From the NCBI GenBank assembly GCA_963832725.1, contig CAWHVG010000001.1:1389928-1453927 (forward strand): 64,000 nucleotides of DNA, in the 5' to 3' direction. The notes under the pieces were generated by a model. It did no database searches. It was not told where the DNA came from and saw only the letters and a program-made list of their open reading frames with translations. Origin of the DNA: an uncultured Pseudomonadota bacterium (GTDB lineage: Bacteria > Myxococcota_A > Polyangia > Polyangiales > Sandaracinaceae). Positions 21,209-29,830 of this stretch are shown one piece after another (position 1 is the first letter of the stretch; the number at the start of each line of letters is the position of its first letter). Made by a program: the position numbers and the translations under genes.

Positions 21209-21432
21209 CTCGCCTCCACGCTTCCATACGCACGAGCGGGGCGAAACATTTCTCGGCGCCCGGCGGATGAACAAAGGCACTCCGCCGGGCGTCGGATTGA
21301 CGTGGCTCGAGGCCGCGCACCCGAGCGAGCCGGATCCGACGAAGCAGGGTGAAATGGCCTCGAGCCGAGCAGCCACGACCTCGACGGCTCCACCGGACCG
21401 GAGCCGTGTCGGGCCGGGCGTGGAGGTCTGCC

Positions 21433-22542
21433 ATGAGCACCCGATGCGAACGATGTGGCGAGCCCGCGAGCCCCCTCGAGGGCGCGAGCCACGTCTTCTG
21501 CGAGCGCTGCGCGTCCATCGCGTCGACCGGCGCCCGCGACTCGAGCGAGCTCCTCTTCACGGCGCCGCCGATGAACCGCGAGAGCCGTGAGGATCTGAGC
21601 GCGCTGGCCAGCCCGAGCGCGCCGACCGACGAGCCGCTCGACCTGAGCCCGCTCCTTTCCGTCGCCAAGCCGGCGATGGCACCGCCACCCCGGCGACGCG
21701 GCCACTTCGCCGGTGCGCTGGCGGTGGGGATCGCCGCCATGCTCGTCGCCGGCTCGGGCGCGCTCGCCTGGCACGCTGTGCGGCCGGTCCGCAGCGCCGT
21801 CGCCGTCCGGCAGGCCGGGGCCCTCGCCACCGCATCCGCTCCCGAGCGCGCCCGAGCTCATGCGCTGCACGCTCCCGCGCTCGGAACGTCCGCCCGCGAA
21901 CAGACGCCGACCGAGCCCCGCGAGAGCCTCGCACCTCCGCCCCCCAGCGCGCCGGCGACCCGCGCCGCTGCGACGTCCGCCGGCTCGATCTCCGCCGGCT
22001 CGATCTCCGCCGGCTCGACCTCCGCCGGCTCGACCTCCGCCGGCTCGATCTCCGCCGGCTCGACCTCCGCCGGCTCGACCTCCGCCGGCTCGACCTCCGC
22101 CGGCTCGATCTCCGCCGGCTCGACCTCCGCCGGCTCGACCTCCGCCGGCTCGACCTCCGCGACCCGCGCCGTCACAGCCCGCTCCCCCGCTCCGCGACGA
22201 GCCCGCGCCCAGACGGCGCGAGAGCCTCTCATCGCCGCGCTGGCGCCGATCACCACCGCGCAGACGCCGCGTCCCGCCCTCGATCCGCTGCCGGGCCGGA
22301 GCGCCGTCCGCGACGCGATGGATGCGGTCGCCGAACCGATCGCGCAGTGCGCCGAGGGCAGCCACGGCCTGGTCCACGCCCGCGTGACCTTCCTCGGGAG
22401 CGGCCGCGCCGTGCACGCCGAAGTAGTCGACGCCAGCTTCCCCCCTGCCGTCCGCTCGTGCATGGCCAGAGCGTTGCGAAGCGCGCATCTGCCCGCCTTC
22501 GGCCGCGACCGCTTCACCATCGCCTATCCCTATCGCCTCTGA
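21433..22542 (+). CDS. zinc-ribbon / single-TM protein with SAGS[IT] repeat linker and TonB-C/AgmX-like C-terminal domain
   Basis: GGAGG sits 5 nt before ATG 21433. CERCG...CERC ribbon, then TM FAGALAVGIAAMLVAGSGALAW, 12 SAGSx repeats, and a C-terminal ...HARVTFLGSGRAVHAEVVDASF...RFTIAYPYRL domain. Confidence 0.65.
   Translation: MSTRCERCGEPASPLEGASHVFCERCASIASTGARDSSELLFTAPPMNRESREDLSALASPSAPTDEPLDLSPLLSVAKPAMAPPPRRRGHFAGALAVGIAAMLVAGSGALAWHAVRPVRSAVAVRQAGALATASAPERARAHALHAPALGTSAREQTPTEPRESLAPPPPSAPATRAAATSAGSISAGSISAGSTSAGSTSAGSISAGSTSAGSTSAGSTSAGSISAGSTSAGSTSAGSTSATRAVTARSPAPRRARAQTAREPLIAALAPITTAQTPRPALDPLPGRSAVRDAMDAVAEPIAQCAEGSHGLVHARVTFLGSGRAVHAEVVDASFPPAVRSCMARALRSAHLPAFGRDRFTIAYPYRL
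21976..22155. repeat. 15-bp x12 perfect-register tandem repeat (tccgccggctcgaYc) encoding SAGSI/SAGST
   Basis: Read directly. The unit order by variant is I I T T I T T T I T T T. Confidence 0.9.
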
Positions 22543-23115
22543 GCGCGAGGCATCCTCGGCGTCCCGTCTCGAGAGACGTCCACAGAACGGATCCTCGGCC
22601 CAGCTCGAGCCACGTTGGCGCGGGCACACGAGACCAGAGAAGCGAACACGGTTCACTTTCAAAACATATCGACATGAGGACACGGAACAATCCACGACAC
22701 GACGAACCCACCATCCGTGAACCGCCGCCGAAATCGGCCACTCGAGGTCAGCTCGTCCCGTTCCAGACGGAGCGACGCGCCACCCGAGTCGAAACCGGCG
22801 ACGCGCCTCGGGGCCGCTGTGCTCAGGAGGGTGGGTCCGAGCGTCCCCGCGTCTTGCACTGTCCAGCCTGCCACGCGCGCCTCGCCGTGCGCGTCTTCCC
22901 GACTCGCGCTCGATTGCGGCGTTTGAACACCAACTCCCCCGGGCCCTCGCGCGGATGGCGGATGCCACCGAGCGTGTTCCGCGCCCGTCTCGCCTCGCTG
23001 GTACCACCGCCGCCACCCAACACGACTCTCCACTGGCGGCCCACTCGCGCGAACGCGGCCATGTGATCCCATGCGCTCGGCTTGGGGGTTGACGCCGGGC
23101 GCGGCTGGGGGCGCA

Positions 23116-24103
23116 ATGGATCTCGTGCCATCGCTCCGCACCCTCGCGCCCCTCCTCCTCGCCAGCCTCGCGCTCGGCGGCTGTTTCCTCGACCGCAGGC
23201 CTCGACTCGAGCCGGGCGACGCGGGCGGGTCGGACGCCGGCCCCCAGCTTTCCGGGAGCGATGGCGGAGCGCGCGACGCGAGCGGGCCCCCGCCGCCCCG
23301 TGACGCCGGGGCGACGGCGGACGCCACCACGCCGCGACCGGACGCCGGGCAGCACGTCGACGCCGGCCCCTGTGGCTCGGGGCCGGACAGCGACGGCGAC
23401 GGAGTGGTCGACGCCTGCGACGTGTGCCCAGGCGGTGACGACACGGCGGACGCCGACGGCGACGGCGTCCCCGACCACTGCGACATCTGCCCCGGCGGCG
23501 ACGACACGGCGGACGCCGACGGCGACGGCGTCCCCGACCACTGCGACATCTGCCCCGGCGGCGACGACACGGCAGACGCCGACAGCGACGGCGTCCCCGA
23601 CCACTGCGACATCTGCCCCGGCGGCGACGACACGGCAGACGCCGACAGCGACGGCGTCCCCGACCACTGCGACTCGTGGCCCTGCGGGACCCTCCCGACG
23701 GTGCCGGCGACCGTCTCGCAGGATCACATCGACGTCTCCAACGTGCTCCTCGGGGGAGGCGGCGGCGCGGGCAACACCGTCGTCGCAGCAGCCGGCTCGA
23801 GCCTGCGGCTCCGCTTCGACTGGGCCATCGACGACACGGGGTGCGCGGGCTGCGTCGACCAGATTCGAGATCGGCACCGCGCCCGGCGACCGCCTCTTCT
23901 GTTCCTATGACGGCAACCCGCCCGGCTCGGGCGCGAGCGGCTCGGAGGACCGCACCATCACGGTCCCCGACGCATCGGGCCCCGTCGAGCTCCGCTTCAA
24001 CCTCGGCCAGAACTACGGCTGCACCTACCGCGGCGCGAGCACCTGGTGGGACGCCCCACCCGATGCCGCCAGCACCTTCGGGGTGATCTGCGTCACCCCC
24101 TGA
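23116..24103 (+). CDS. lipoprotein with thrombospondin type-3-like Ca-binding repeats; frame broken at 23862-23866
   Basis: MDLVPSLRTLAPLLLASLALGGC lipobox. Four DxCPGGDDTADADxDGVPDHC repeats. The C-part continues in ORF 23261..24103 (EIGTAPGDRLFCSYDG...). Removing one T of GATTC gives CVDQIEIGTAPGD. Confidence 0.7.
23419..23670. repeat. 63-bp x4 near-identical tandem repeat (TSP3-like units)
   Basis: The gacatctgcccc unit recurs at 23482, 23545 and 23608. The first unit (gacgtgtgccca) starts at 23419. Confidence 0.85.
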
Positions 24104-24266
24104 CCGCGCGCTTCGACCTTCCGCTGGGCGAGGCACCGGGAGGGCTCGCGGCGGGCTGCGCGGGCTTCGAGAGTGCGACGGCTGCGGCCTGAGGCGGGTG
24201 ACCGACCTCTCGCGCAACGGGCGCGGCTCGACTGCGGGCCCCTTCGGCGTGCGTCGCCTCGGTGGA

Positions 24267-24395
24267 ATGCTCGACCTCCCCCGAGCGCAAGGCCGCATCG
24301 GCACCGCGGTCACGCACGGCTCGGTCCGACGGCCGCCATCAGGTCGCCGCCGACCTGTTCAGGACGCGTCACGAGACCCTCGGGCACCCCAGTGG
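24267..24395. repeat. left copy of an imperfect direct repeat of about 130 bp
   Basis: atgctcgacctcccc..cgcaaggccgcatcggc ... caggacgcgtcacgagaccctcgggcaccccag matches 25142-25270. Confidence 0.7.
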
Positions 24396-24541
24396 CCCTT
24401 CGCCCAGCCCCACCTCGGCCACAGCGATCCCGTCCCCATGGACCCGTGCAGTCGTGGGCGTCCCCGGCCCGCTTCCAAAACCCGCTTCGACGCCAAGAAG
24501 AGGACGACCCAAACTGCGGAGGAGACCTGTGGCTTCATTCG

Positions 24542-25072
24542 TCAGCTTCCATGCCCGAAGACACTCCACGCCACGCCCGCGGCAATCGCCGCGGCAATCA
24601 GACCGAGCTTCATCCACCGCTTCTTCGCCTGCGATGCACGGATGGATGCCACTGATTCGGAGAGATTGAATTTCGCGGCGACCGCCTCCAACAGTCGCTC
24701 CTGAGTCGGAAACGACTTGTTGGACAGCTGAAGCTGGAGCGGCAGCGTCTCCACATCCGACTCGATCAAGAAGATGTCCGCATCGAGCGTCACCTTGCGA
24801 ACCTTCGATAGGGGGATGACCACGACGCCCTTGTTCTCCAGGAGCGGGGTCGAAGTAGCCGGCGCGCGAGTCTTGACGACCAAGAGATTGTCGTTGGTGA
24901 GGGCCAAGAAATGGCCCATCGCCTTCGCAGCATCCACGAAGACCGAGAGGTCTCTCGCCCCCGACCGATCCCGAATGAACGTTCGGAAGTAGCCGCTCGC
25001 GATCACGTCGTCGGCGTCCGTTGTGTGAGGAGCGATTTGCTCCAGGAAGTACTGTTCGGCTCGGGTGGTCAT
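24542..25072 (-). CDS. bacterial PH-like (bPH/YokE-type) domain protein with C-terminal TM anchor; atypically low GC
   Basis: 176-aa ORF. HFLALTNDNLLVVKTR...VVVIPLSKVRKVTLDADIFLIESD resembles the bPH pattern. C-terminal LGLIAAAIAAGVAWSVF helix. Third codon positions are visibly not GC-saturated, unlike the neighbouring genes. Confidence 0.65.
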   Translation of the reverse strand: MTTRAEQYFLEQIAPHTTDADDVIASGYFRTFIRDRSGARDLSVFVDAAKAMGHFLALTNDNLLVVKTRAPATSTPLLENKGVVVIPLSKVRKVTLDADIFLIESDVETLPLQLQLSNKSFPTQERLLEAVAAKFNLSESVASIRASQAKKRWMKLGLIAAAIAAGVAWSVFGHGS

Positions 25073-25141
25073 TTTGCCGGCATCCTACAGGGGCCCTCGT
25101 GTCCTCGTCCACGAATCACGAGGCCCGCCCGAGCACCAGGA

Positions 25142-25270
25142 GATGCTCGACTTCCCCTGACCGCAAGGCCGCATCGGCCGGTGCCGGCGACGCGCCGCTC
25201 CGTCCGCTGTGCGCCCTCAGGTACCGCCCACCTCGTCAGGACGCGTCACGAGACCTCGTGCACCCCAGAG
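25142..25270. repeat. right copy of an imperfect direct repeat of about 130 bp
   Basis: Offset 875 bp from the left copy. The ends are well conserved and the middle has diverged. Confidence 0.7.
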
Positions 25271-25520
25271 GCACGGCGCTGGATCGAGGCGGGCGCCACG
25301 CTGCTCCACGTGCGCACCGGCGACGAGCTGGCGGACCGCCATCTTCAACGGGGCGACCTGCGCACTGGTCCAGGAGCTCGCACATCGGATCGGCGAGATC
25401 CCGATGGGCGAGAGCGTGGTCGTCTACCGCCGCAGCGGCGGGCGCAGCGCCAGCGCCGGGCGCCTGCTCCAGTCGGCGGGCTTCGAGGTTCTCGGCCGGG
25501 GCGCTGTGTCGCACCGGTGA
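25240..25520 (+). pseudogene. single-domain rhodanese relic (frame-shifted, active-site Cys replaced, no clear start)
   Basis: TPEARRWIEAGATLLHVRTGDE is in one frame, then IFNGATCALVQELAHRIGEIPMGESVVVYRRSGGRSASAGRLLQSAGFEVL is in +1. The expected CRSGxR loop reads RRSGGRS. No ATG or GTG sits at a sensible position. Confidence 0.6.
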
Positions 25521-25559
25521 GGCTGTGTCGCACCGGTAAGGCCGTGCCGCACGACCGGG
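25503..25559. repeat. 19-bp x3 tandem repeat at the rhodanese 3' end
   Basis: gctgtgtcgcaccggtgag / gctgtgtcgcaccggtaag / gccgtgccgcacgaccggg. Confidence 0.8.
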
Positions 25560-25781
25560 CCCGGAGTCCCTCGCGCCGGCTGCTTCCCCTGCCCGCGCAG
25601 GGCTCTAGAGCCCTAGATGTGCTCGGCGGAGACCGCAACACGGTCTGACCGGCTCTCGACGCCGATCTGGGGCGCGAGCCTCCTCGAAAACGCTCTGCAT
25701 TTCCTGCGGGGGCGCGCACCCCATCTCGACGCCGATCGCTCGGCCATTCCGGTCACGACTCCCGCCTCGGACATCTAGTGC

Positions 25782-28259
25782 ATGCCTGCCGCCACTCCCG
25801 CGCCGACGACCCTGTCCGCGTTCTTGCGCGAGCGGAAGCCCGAGATCCTGGAGAGCTGGGAACGGAGCGTCCGCACCATCGAGGTGGCGCGCGCCATGGC
25901 GAGGCCAATCCTCCTCGACCATGTGCCCCACGTGGTGGACCGGATCGCCGACCTCGCCGAGGCGCTCGCGCAAGGCCAGCCCCCGCCACCCCCGAGCGGC
26001 GCGGTGAAGGCACATGCCAACGCGCGGTTCGGGTTGGGGTTCGATCTCGTGGAGATCGTCAACGAGCTCGCGATCCTGCGGGACGAGATGGTTCGACTCT
26101 GGCTCGGCGAACGGTTGTCGCCCGAGCGCTGCGCCGAGATCCGTCCTCTCAACCAAGCGATCGACCGCGCGACCGCCGACTCCATCGAGCAATTCACCCG
26201 CGCCCACGACCGCACGCTCGCCTCGCTGGATCGCGTCTCGGCCGCAGCGCTGCAGACGCGCGATGTCGACACGCTCCTTCAACACATCCTCTCGGTGTTC
26301 GTGGAGGCCGCCGAGCCGGTCGACGCTGCCGTCATCCTCCTGCACGAGCGAGGCGCCCTGCGCGTGCTGGCCGCCAAGGGCTTGGACCACGTGGCCGATC
26401 GCCACCTCACCATCGCCGTCGGAGAGGGGCTCGCAGGGCGCGCCGCCGCAGAGGGACGGCCCATCGAGGCGTCCGGAGACGAGCTGCGCGCCATCATCCT
26501 TCCGGACCTGGTCGCGCCCGGGACCCGGGTCGCCTATGCCGTCCCCCTCACGGACGGCCGTGACGTCATCGGGGTCGCCGAGATGTCGTCACGGACGGCG
26601 CTCCGGTTCTCGGAACAGGAGAAACGGCTCCTGCACGCCTTGGCCGAGCGCGCCACCGCGGGGATGACGCAGCACATGCTGCGGGACCAGGCCGAGGAGG
26701 CGCGCCGACGCGCCGAGCTGGAGCAGGAGCGACTGCGGCAGGTCTTGGATGCGTTGCCCGTCGGCGTATGGATCGCGGACGAGTCCGGCCAGATCGTGAC
26801 CGGCAACCCCGCCAGCCGCGCGATATGGGGCGGCGCGCGATTCGTGCCTTGGGAGCGCTTCGAGCAATACGAAGGCCGATGGGCGGCGACCGGCAAGCGG
26901 ATCGCGGCGGACGAATGGGCACTGACGCGTGCGATTCGACGAGGCGAGACCTCGCTCGACGAGGAGGTCGAGATCCGCACCTTCGACGGGCGCACGCGAT
27001 TCATCCGCAACTCTGCCTTCCCGCTGCGCGCGCAGGGTCGGATCGTGGGCGCGATCGCCGTGAACGAAGACGTGACGGAGCGCCGCAGGCTCGAGCGCGA
27101 GGGCGAGCTGCTGCTCCGGCGCGTCGAGTTCGAGCGCTCGAGGCTCAGCCGCGTGATCGAGCACATCCCCGCCGGCGTCCTCATCGCCGACGCGAAGACC
27201 GGTCGCCTCAGCTCGTACAACGCCGAGGCCGAGCGGATATGGCGAGACCGCTTCGACACGAACAGGCCGGTCGAGATGCAGCGACGGGGGCGCTTGTTCC
27301 ATCCCGACGGCCGCCCCTACGAATCGGGCAGCAACCCGCTCGCCCGAGCGCTGCGCGCCGGCGAGGTCATCCATGGCGAGGAGCTGCAGATCGCGCGAGG
27401 CGACGGCACGAGGGGCACCGTCGTCGTCAACGCGATCCCGCTCCGCGACGAGGACGGCACGATCGTCGCTGCGCTCCTCGCGCTGATGGACATCAGCGAG
27501 CGCAAGGAATACGAGCGTGAGCTCGCGGCCGACGCCGAGTTCGGAGAACGGCTGCTCGGCGTGCTCGCGCACGACCTGCGCAATCCCCTGCAGGCGATCA
27601 TGCTGACCGCGCAGGCGTTCGTACACCGGACGGACATGCCCGACGCCCACCTGCGGGCGGTCACGCGCATCTTGTCGAGCGCGCATCGGATCGACCGCAT
27701 GATCGCCGACATCGCGGACTTCACCCGCGGGCGCTTGGGCGGCGGAATCCCCATCGTTCCGAAGCCGACGGAGCTCGGTGAAGTATGCCGGTTGGTGATC
27801 GACGAGCTCGAGGTCACTCACCCGGATCAACCGATCCAGCTCGACTGCGCACGCGACGCACGTGGGACGTGGGATCCGGACCGTTTGGCGCAGGTCATCT
27901 CGAACCTGACGGCGAACGCGCTGCATCACGGCGACCCGAAGCGCCCCGTGCGCATCACGCTCGATGGCGACAGCCACCTGCTCCGACTCGCGATCCACAA
28001 CGACGGAACCCCGATCCCACCGGACACCGTGGCGCACATCTTCGACCCCTTCCGCCGCGCGACCGAAGAGGCCGGTCGGGGGGCGAGCGGCTTGGGGCTG
28101 GGCCTCTACATCGTCCGCGAGATCGTGGACGCGCACGGCGGTGCGATCGACGTGCGCTCGTCGGCAGAAGAAGGAACGACGTTCACCGTGACCCTGCCCC
28201 GCACCGCGGCGCGATTGACGTGCGCTCGTCCGCAGAAGAAGGAACGACGTTCACCGTGA
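25782..28259 (+). CDS. sensor histidine kinase (RsbRD-N-like, GAF, 2x PAS, HisKA, HATPase_c)
   Basis: 825-aa ORF. H-box GVLAHDLRNPL, N-box NLTANALHHG, G-boxes DPFRRA..GLGLGLYIVREIV. Two PAS-like blocks each followed by a coiled E/R linker. The C-terminal tail is altered by a 68-bp duplication. Confidence 0.85.
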   Translation: MPAATPAPTTLSAFLRERKPEILESWERSVRTIEVARAMARPILLDHVPHVVDRIADLAEALAQGQPPPPPSGAVKAHANARFGLGFDLVEIVNELAILRDEMVRLWLGERLSPERCAEIRPLNQAIDRATADSIEQFTRAHDRTLASLDRVSAAALQTRDVDTLLQHILSVFVEAAEPVDAAVILLHERGALRVLAAKGLDHVADRHLTIAVGEGLAGRAAAEGRPIEASGDELRAIILPDLVAPGTRVAYAVPLTDGRDVIGVAEMSSRTALRFSEQEKRLLHALAERATAGMTQHMLRDQAEEARRRAELEQERLRQVLDALPVGVWIADESGQIVTGNPASRAIWGGARFVPWERFEQYEGRWAATGKRIAADEWALTRAIRRGETSLDEEVEIRTFDGRTRFIRNSAFPLRAQGRIVGAIAVNEDVTERRRLEREGELLLRRVEFERSRLSRVIEHIPAGVLIADAKTGRLSSYNAEAERIWRDRFDTNRPVEMQRRGRLFHPDGRPYESGSNPLARALRAGEVIHGEELQIARGDGTRGTVVVNAIPLRDEDGTIVAALLALMDISERKEYERELAADAEFGERLLGVLAHDLRNPLQAIMLTAQAFVHRTDMPDAHLRAVTRILSSAHRIDRMIADIADFTRGRLGGGIPIVPKPTELGEVCRLVIDELEVTHPDQPIQLDCARDARGTWDPDRLAQVISNLTANALHHGDPKRPVRITLDGDSHLLRLAIHNDGTPIPPDTVAHIFDPFRRATEEAGRGASGLGLGLYIVREIVDAHGGAIDVRSSAEEGTTFTVTLPRTAARLTCARPQKKERRSP

Positions 28260-28281
28260 CCCTGCCCCGCACCGCGAAACC
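28146..28281. repeat. 68-bp x2 tandem duplication spanning the kinase stop
   Basis: atcgacgtgcgctcgtcggcagaagaaggaacgacgttcaccgtgaccctgccccgcaccgcg is repeated from 28214 with 2 substitutions in the first 63 nt. The period is not a multiple of 3. Confidence 0.9.
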
Positions 28282-28410
28282 GACGATCCGCGCGACCGGT
28301 GTGACCGCGCCCAAACCGCAAGTAATTTAGTCACACGGAACGAGGGACGCTCAGCGAGGGCGGGGCCGACCGTGGCCCACGGAAGTGTCGGGAGAGCCAA
28401 GAGGAGAAGC

Positions 28411-29652
28411 TCAGAACGCCATCGTCCGCGACGCCCGCTCTGTCCAGCTCGCCTCCACGCCCGCGAACGAGAGCTCCTCGGCCTGCGACTCGTACACCGT
28501 CGCCGTCGCCCGGAGCGTCCCCGTCGAAGGCAGCGAGACCATGGAGGGCGGCTCGATCGAGCTCCGCGCATCGAGCAGGTAACCGCTCCAGGCGACGTCG
28601 CCGCTCGCGTCGGCGACCGACACCTCCCAGAGCTCGCCCGCTCGAGCGCCGCCCGTCGTCATGACCCCGCCCTCGAACGCCAGCGCCGAGGGCGGCTCCC
28701 GCCAGGCGTCGAGCGTGATCGCGTCGCCGTCGCCGAAGCGGCGACCGCGGGCGATCGTCCGCGAGCGCGCCTCGGCTCCCTGCGCATCGCCGATCGCCCA
28801 ATGCGTCGACGCGTCCGCGGCGATCGCGGGCACCAGCCCAGCGCCCGAGAACGGCCACACGATGACGCCGTCCTCGGTAGAGGCGCCCGGCACGCCCACC
28901 ACCGCCGAGAGATCGCTCGGCACACCTTCCGTGCTCACGTCGACCTGCACCAGCGCGCCCCGGTCCAGCATCGACACCGGCACGTCCATTCCCTCGACGG
29001 GCACGAACGCGTCGCTCAGCGCCAGCCCGACCGGCTCCAGCGTGTCGTCGCTCTCGTCGTCGGGCGTGCCCGGATCGGTGCCCCGCACGATGGCGACGGC
29101 GATCCGCGCGGACGACGCGGGCATCGCGAGCCGCAGCGCGCACGCGTCACCCGCCTCGGTCCGGGTACACTCGGTCATGGCATCCCCCGGCTGCGCCGGC
29201 GCGGCCAGCGTCATGTCGAGCAGCACGCCGGCCCTCGCGCGCAGGTAATCCGCCCCCGCGAGCGGCACGTCAGCCCACCCCGGAAGCGACACGTTCACCA
29301 CCCGCGTCGCCACGTAGCGCGGCGCCAACGCCAGCGTGACCACCGCCGCATCGGCACCCGCCACGCTGACCGCGTGGCGCCCCAGCGCGGTGGCGGTGAC
29401 GACATCGATCGCATCCGCGACCTCGAGCGTTCCGTTCGCGTCGGTGTGACCGAGCACGCGCGCCGCGTCGCCTTCACCGCCGAGGATCGTCGCGCCCGCG
29501 AGCGGCGCACCGTGCTCGTCCACGACGATCACCGTCGTCGTGCCGGCGAACGCGCCTCGCGTCCCGCCACCGTCCACCGGGGCCGTAGACGAGCAGGCGG
29601 CCAGCACCACCAGGGAGAGCGCGACGAGCTTCACATGGGCCTCGGATGACAT
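28411..29652 (-). CDS. lipoprotein, unknown function
   Basis: MSSEAHVKLVALSLVVLAACSS lipobox at ATG 29652 inside ORF 28411..29685. Beta-rich with no recognisable motif. Confidence 0.65.
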   Translation of the reverse strand: MSSEAHVKLVALSLVVLAACSSTAPVDGGGTRGAFAGTTTVIVVDEHGAPLAGATILGGEGDAARVLGHTDANGTLEVADAIDVVTATALGRHAVSVAGADAAVVTLALAPRYVATRVVNVSLPGWADVPLAGADYLRARAGVLLDMTLAAPAQPGDAMTECTRTEAGDACALRLAMPASSARIAVAIVRGTDPGTPDDESDDTLEPVGLALSDAFVPVEGMDVPVSMLDRGALVQVDVSTEGVPSDLSAVVGVPGASTEDGVIVWPFSGAGLVPAIAADASTHWAIGDAQGAEARSRTIARGRRFGDGDAITLDAWREPPSALAFEGGVMTTGGARAGELWEVSVADASGDVAWSGYLLDARSSIEPPSMVSLPSTGTLRATATVYESQAEELSFAGVEASWTERASRTMAF

Positions 29653-29830
29653 GACAGAGCGATCGTAGCAGTCCGAGCGGTCCATTGAAGTACGGAACCC
29701 GAAGGAAATCGGCGCGAGGGCCCGCCTGGCTGTTCGGGTCGACTCGCGAGGACGAACGGCGGGGCTTTCCGCCCGAAAGCCGACGAGCGAGGTTCTTCAC
29801 GCGACTGGGGGGCCGCGGTGGCTCGTGAGC

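Noticed and set aside
21976-22155. Non-coding microsatellite or CRISPR-like repeat
   Set aside because: The period is 15 bp, in frame, inside a well-supported ORF, and encodes a SAGS[IT] linker.
22543-23115. Possible small gene or ncRNA in the 570-bp gap with a lower-GC patch (about 22640-22720)
   Set aside because: The ORFs here (for example 22514..22741 minus, 22717..22926 plus) have no coding signature, start context or motifs, and I saw no convincing hairpin or terminator. Left unannotated.
24100-25700. Mobile element (IS or integrative cassette) carrying the low-GC gene
   Set aside because: No transposase, integrase, terminal inverted repeats or tRNA target is visible. Only flanking direct repeats derived from the rhodanese 5' region are present. 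I kept it as an HGT/duplication finding but did not call it a mobile_element.
28340-28400. Terminator hairpin after the histidine kinase (GGGCC-gaccgt-GGCCC)
   Set aside because: The stem is only 5 bp with no U-tract, and the site overlaps the 3' end region of the convergent lipoprotein gene. The evidence is too weak to report.
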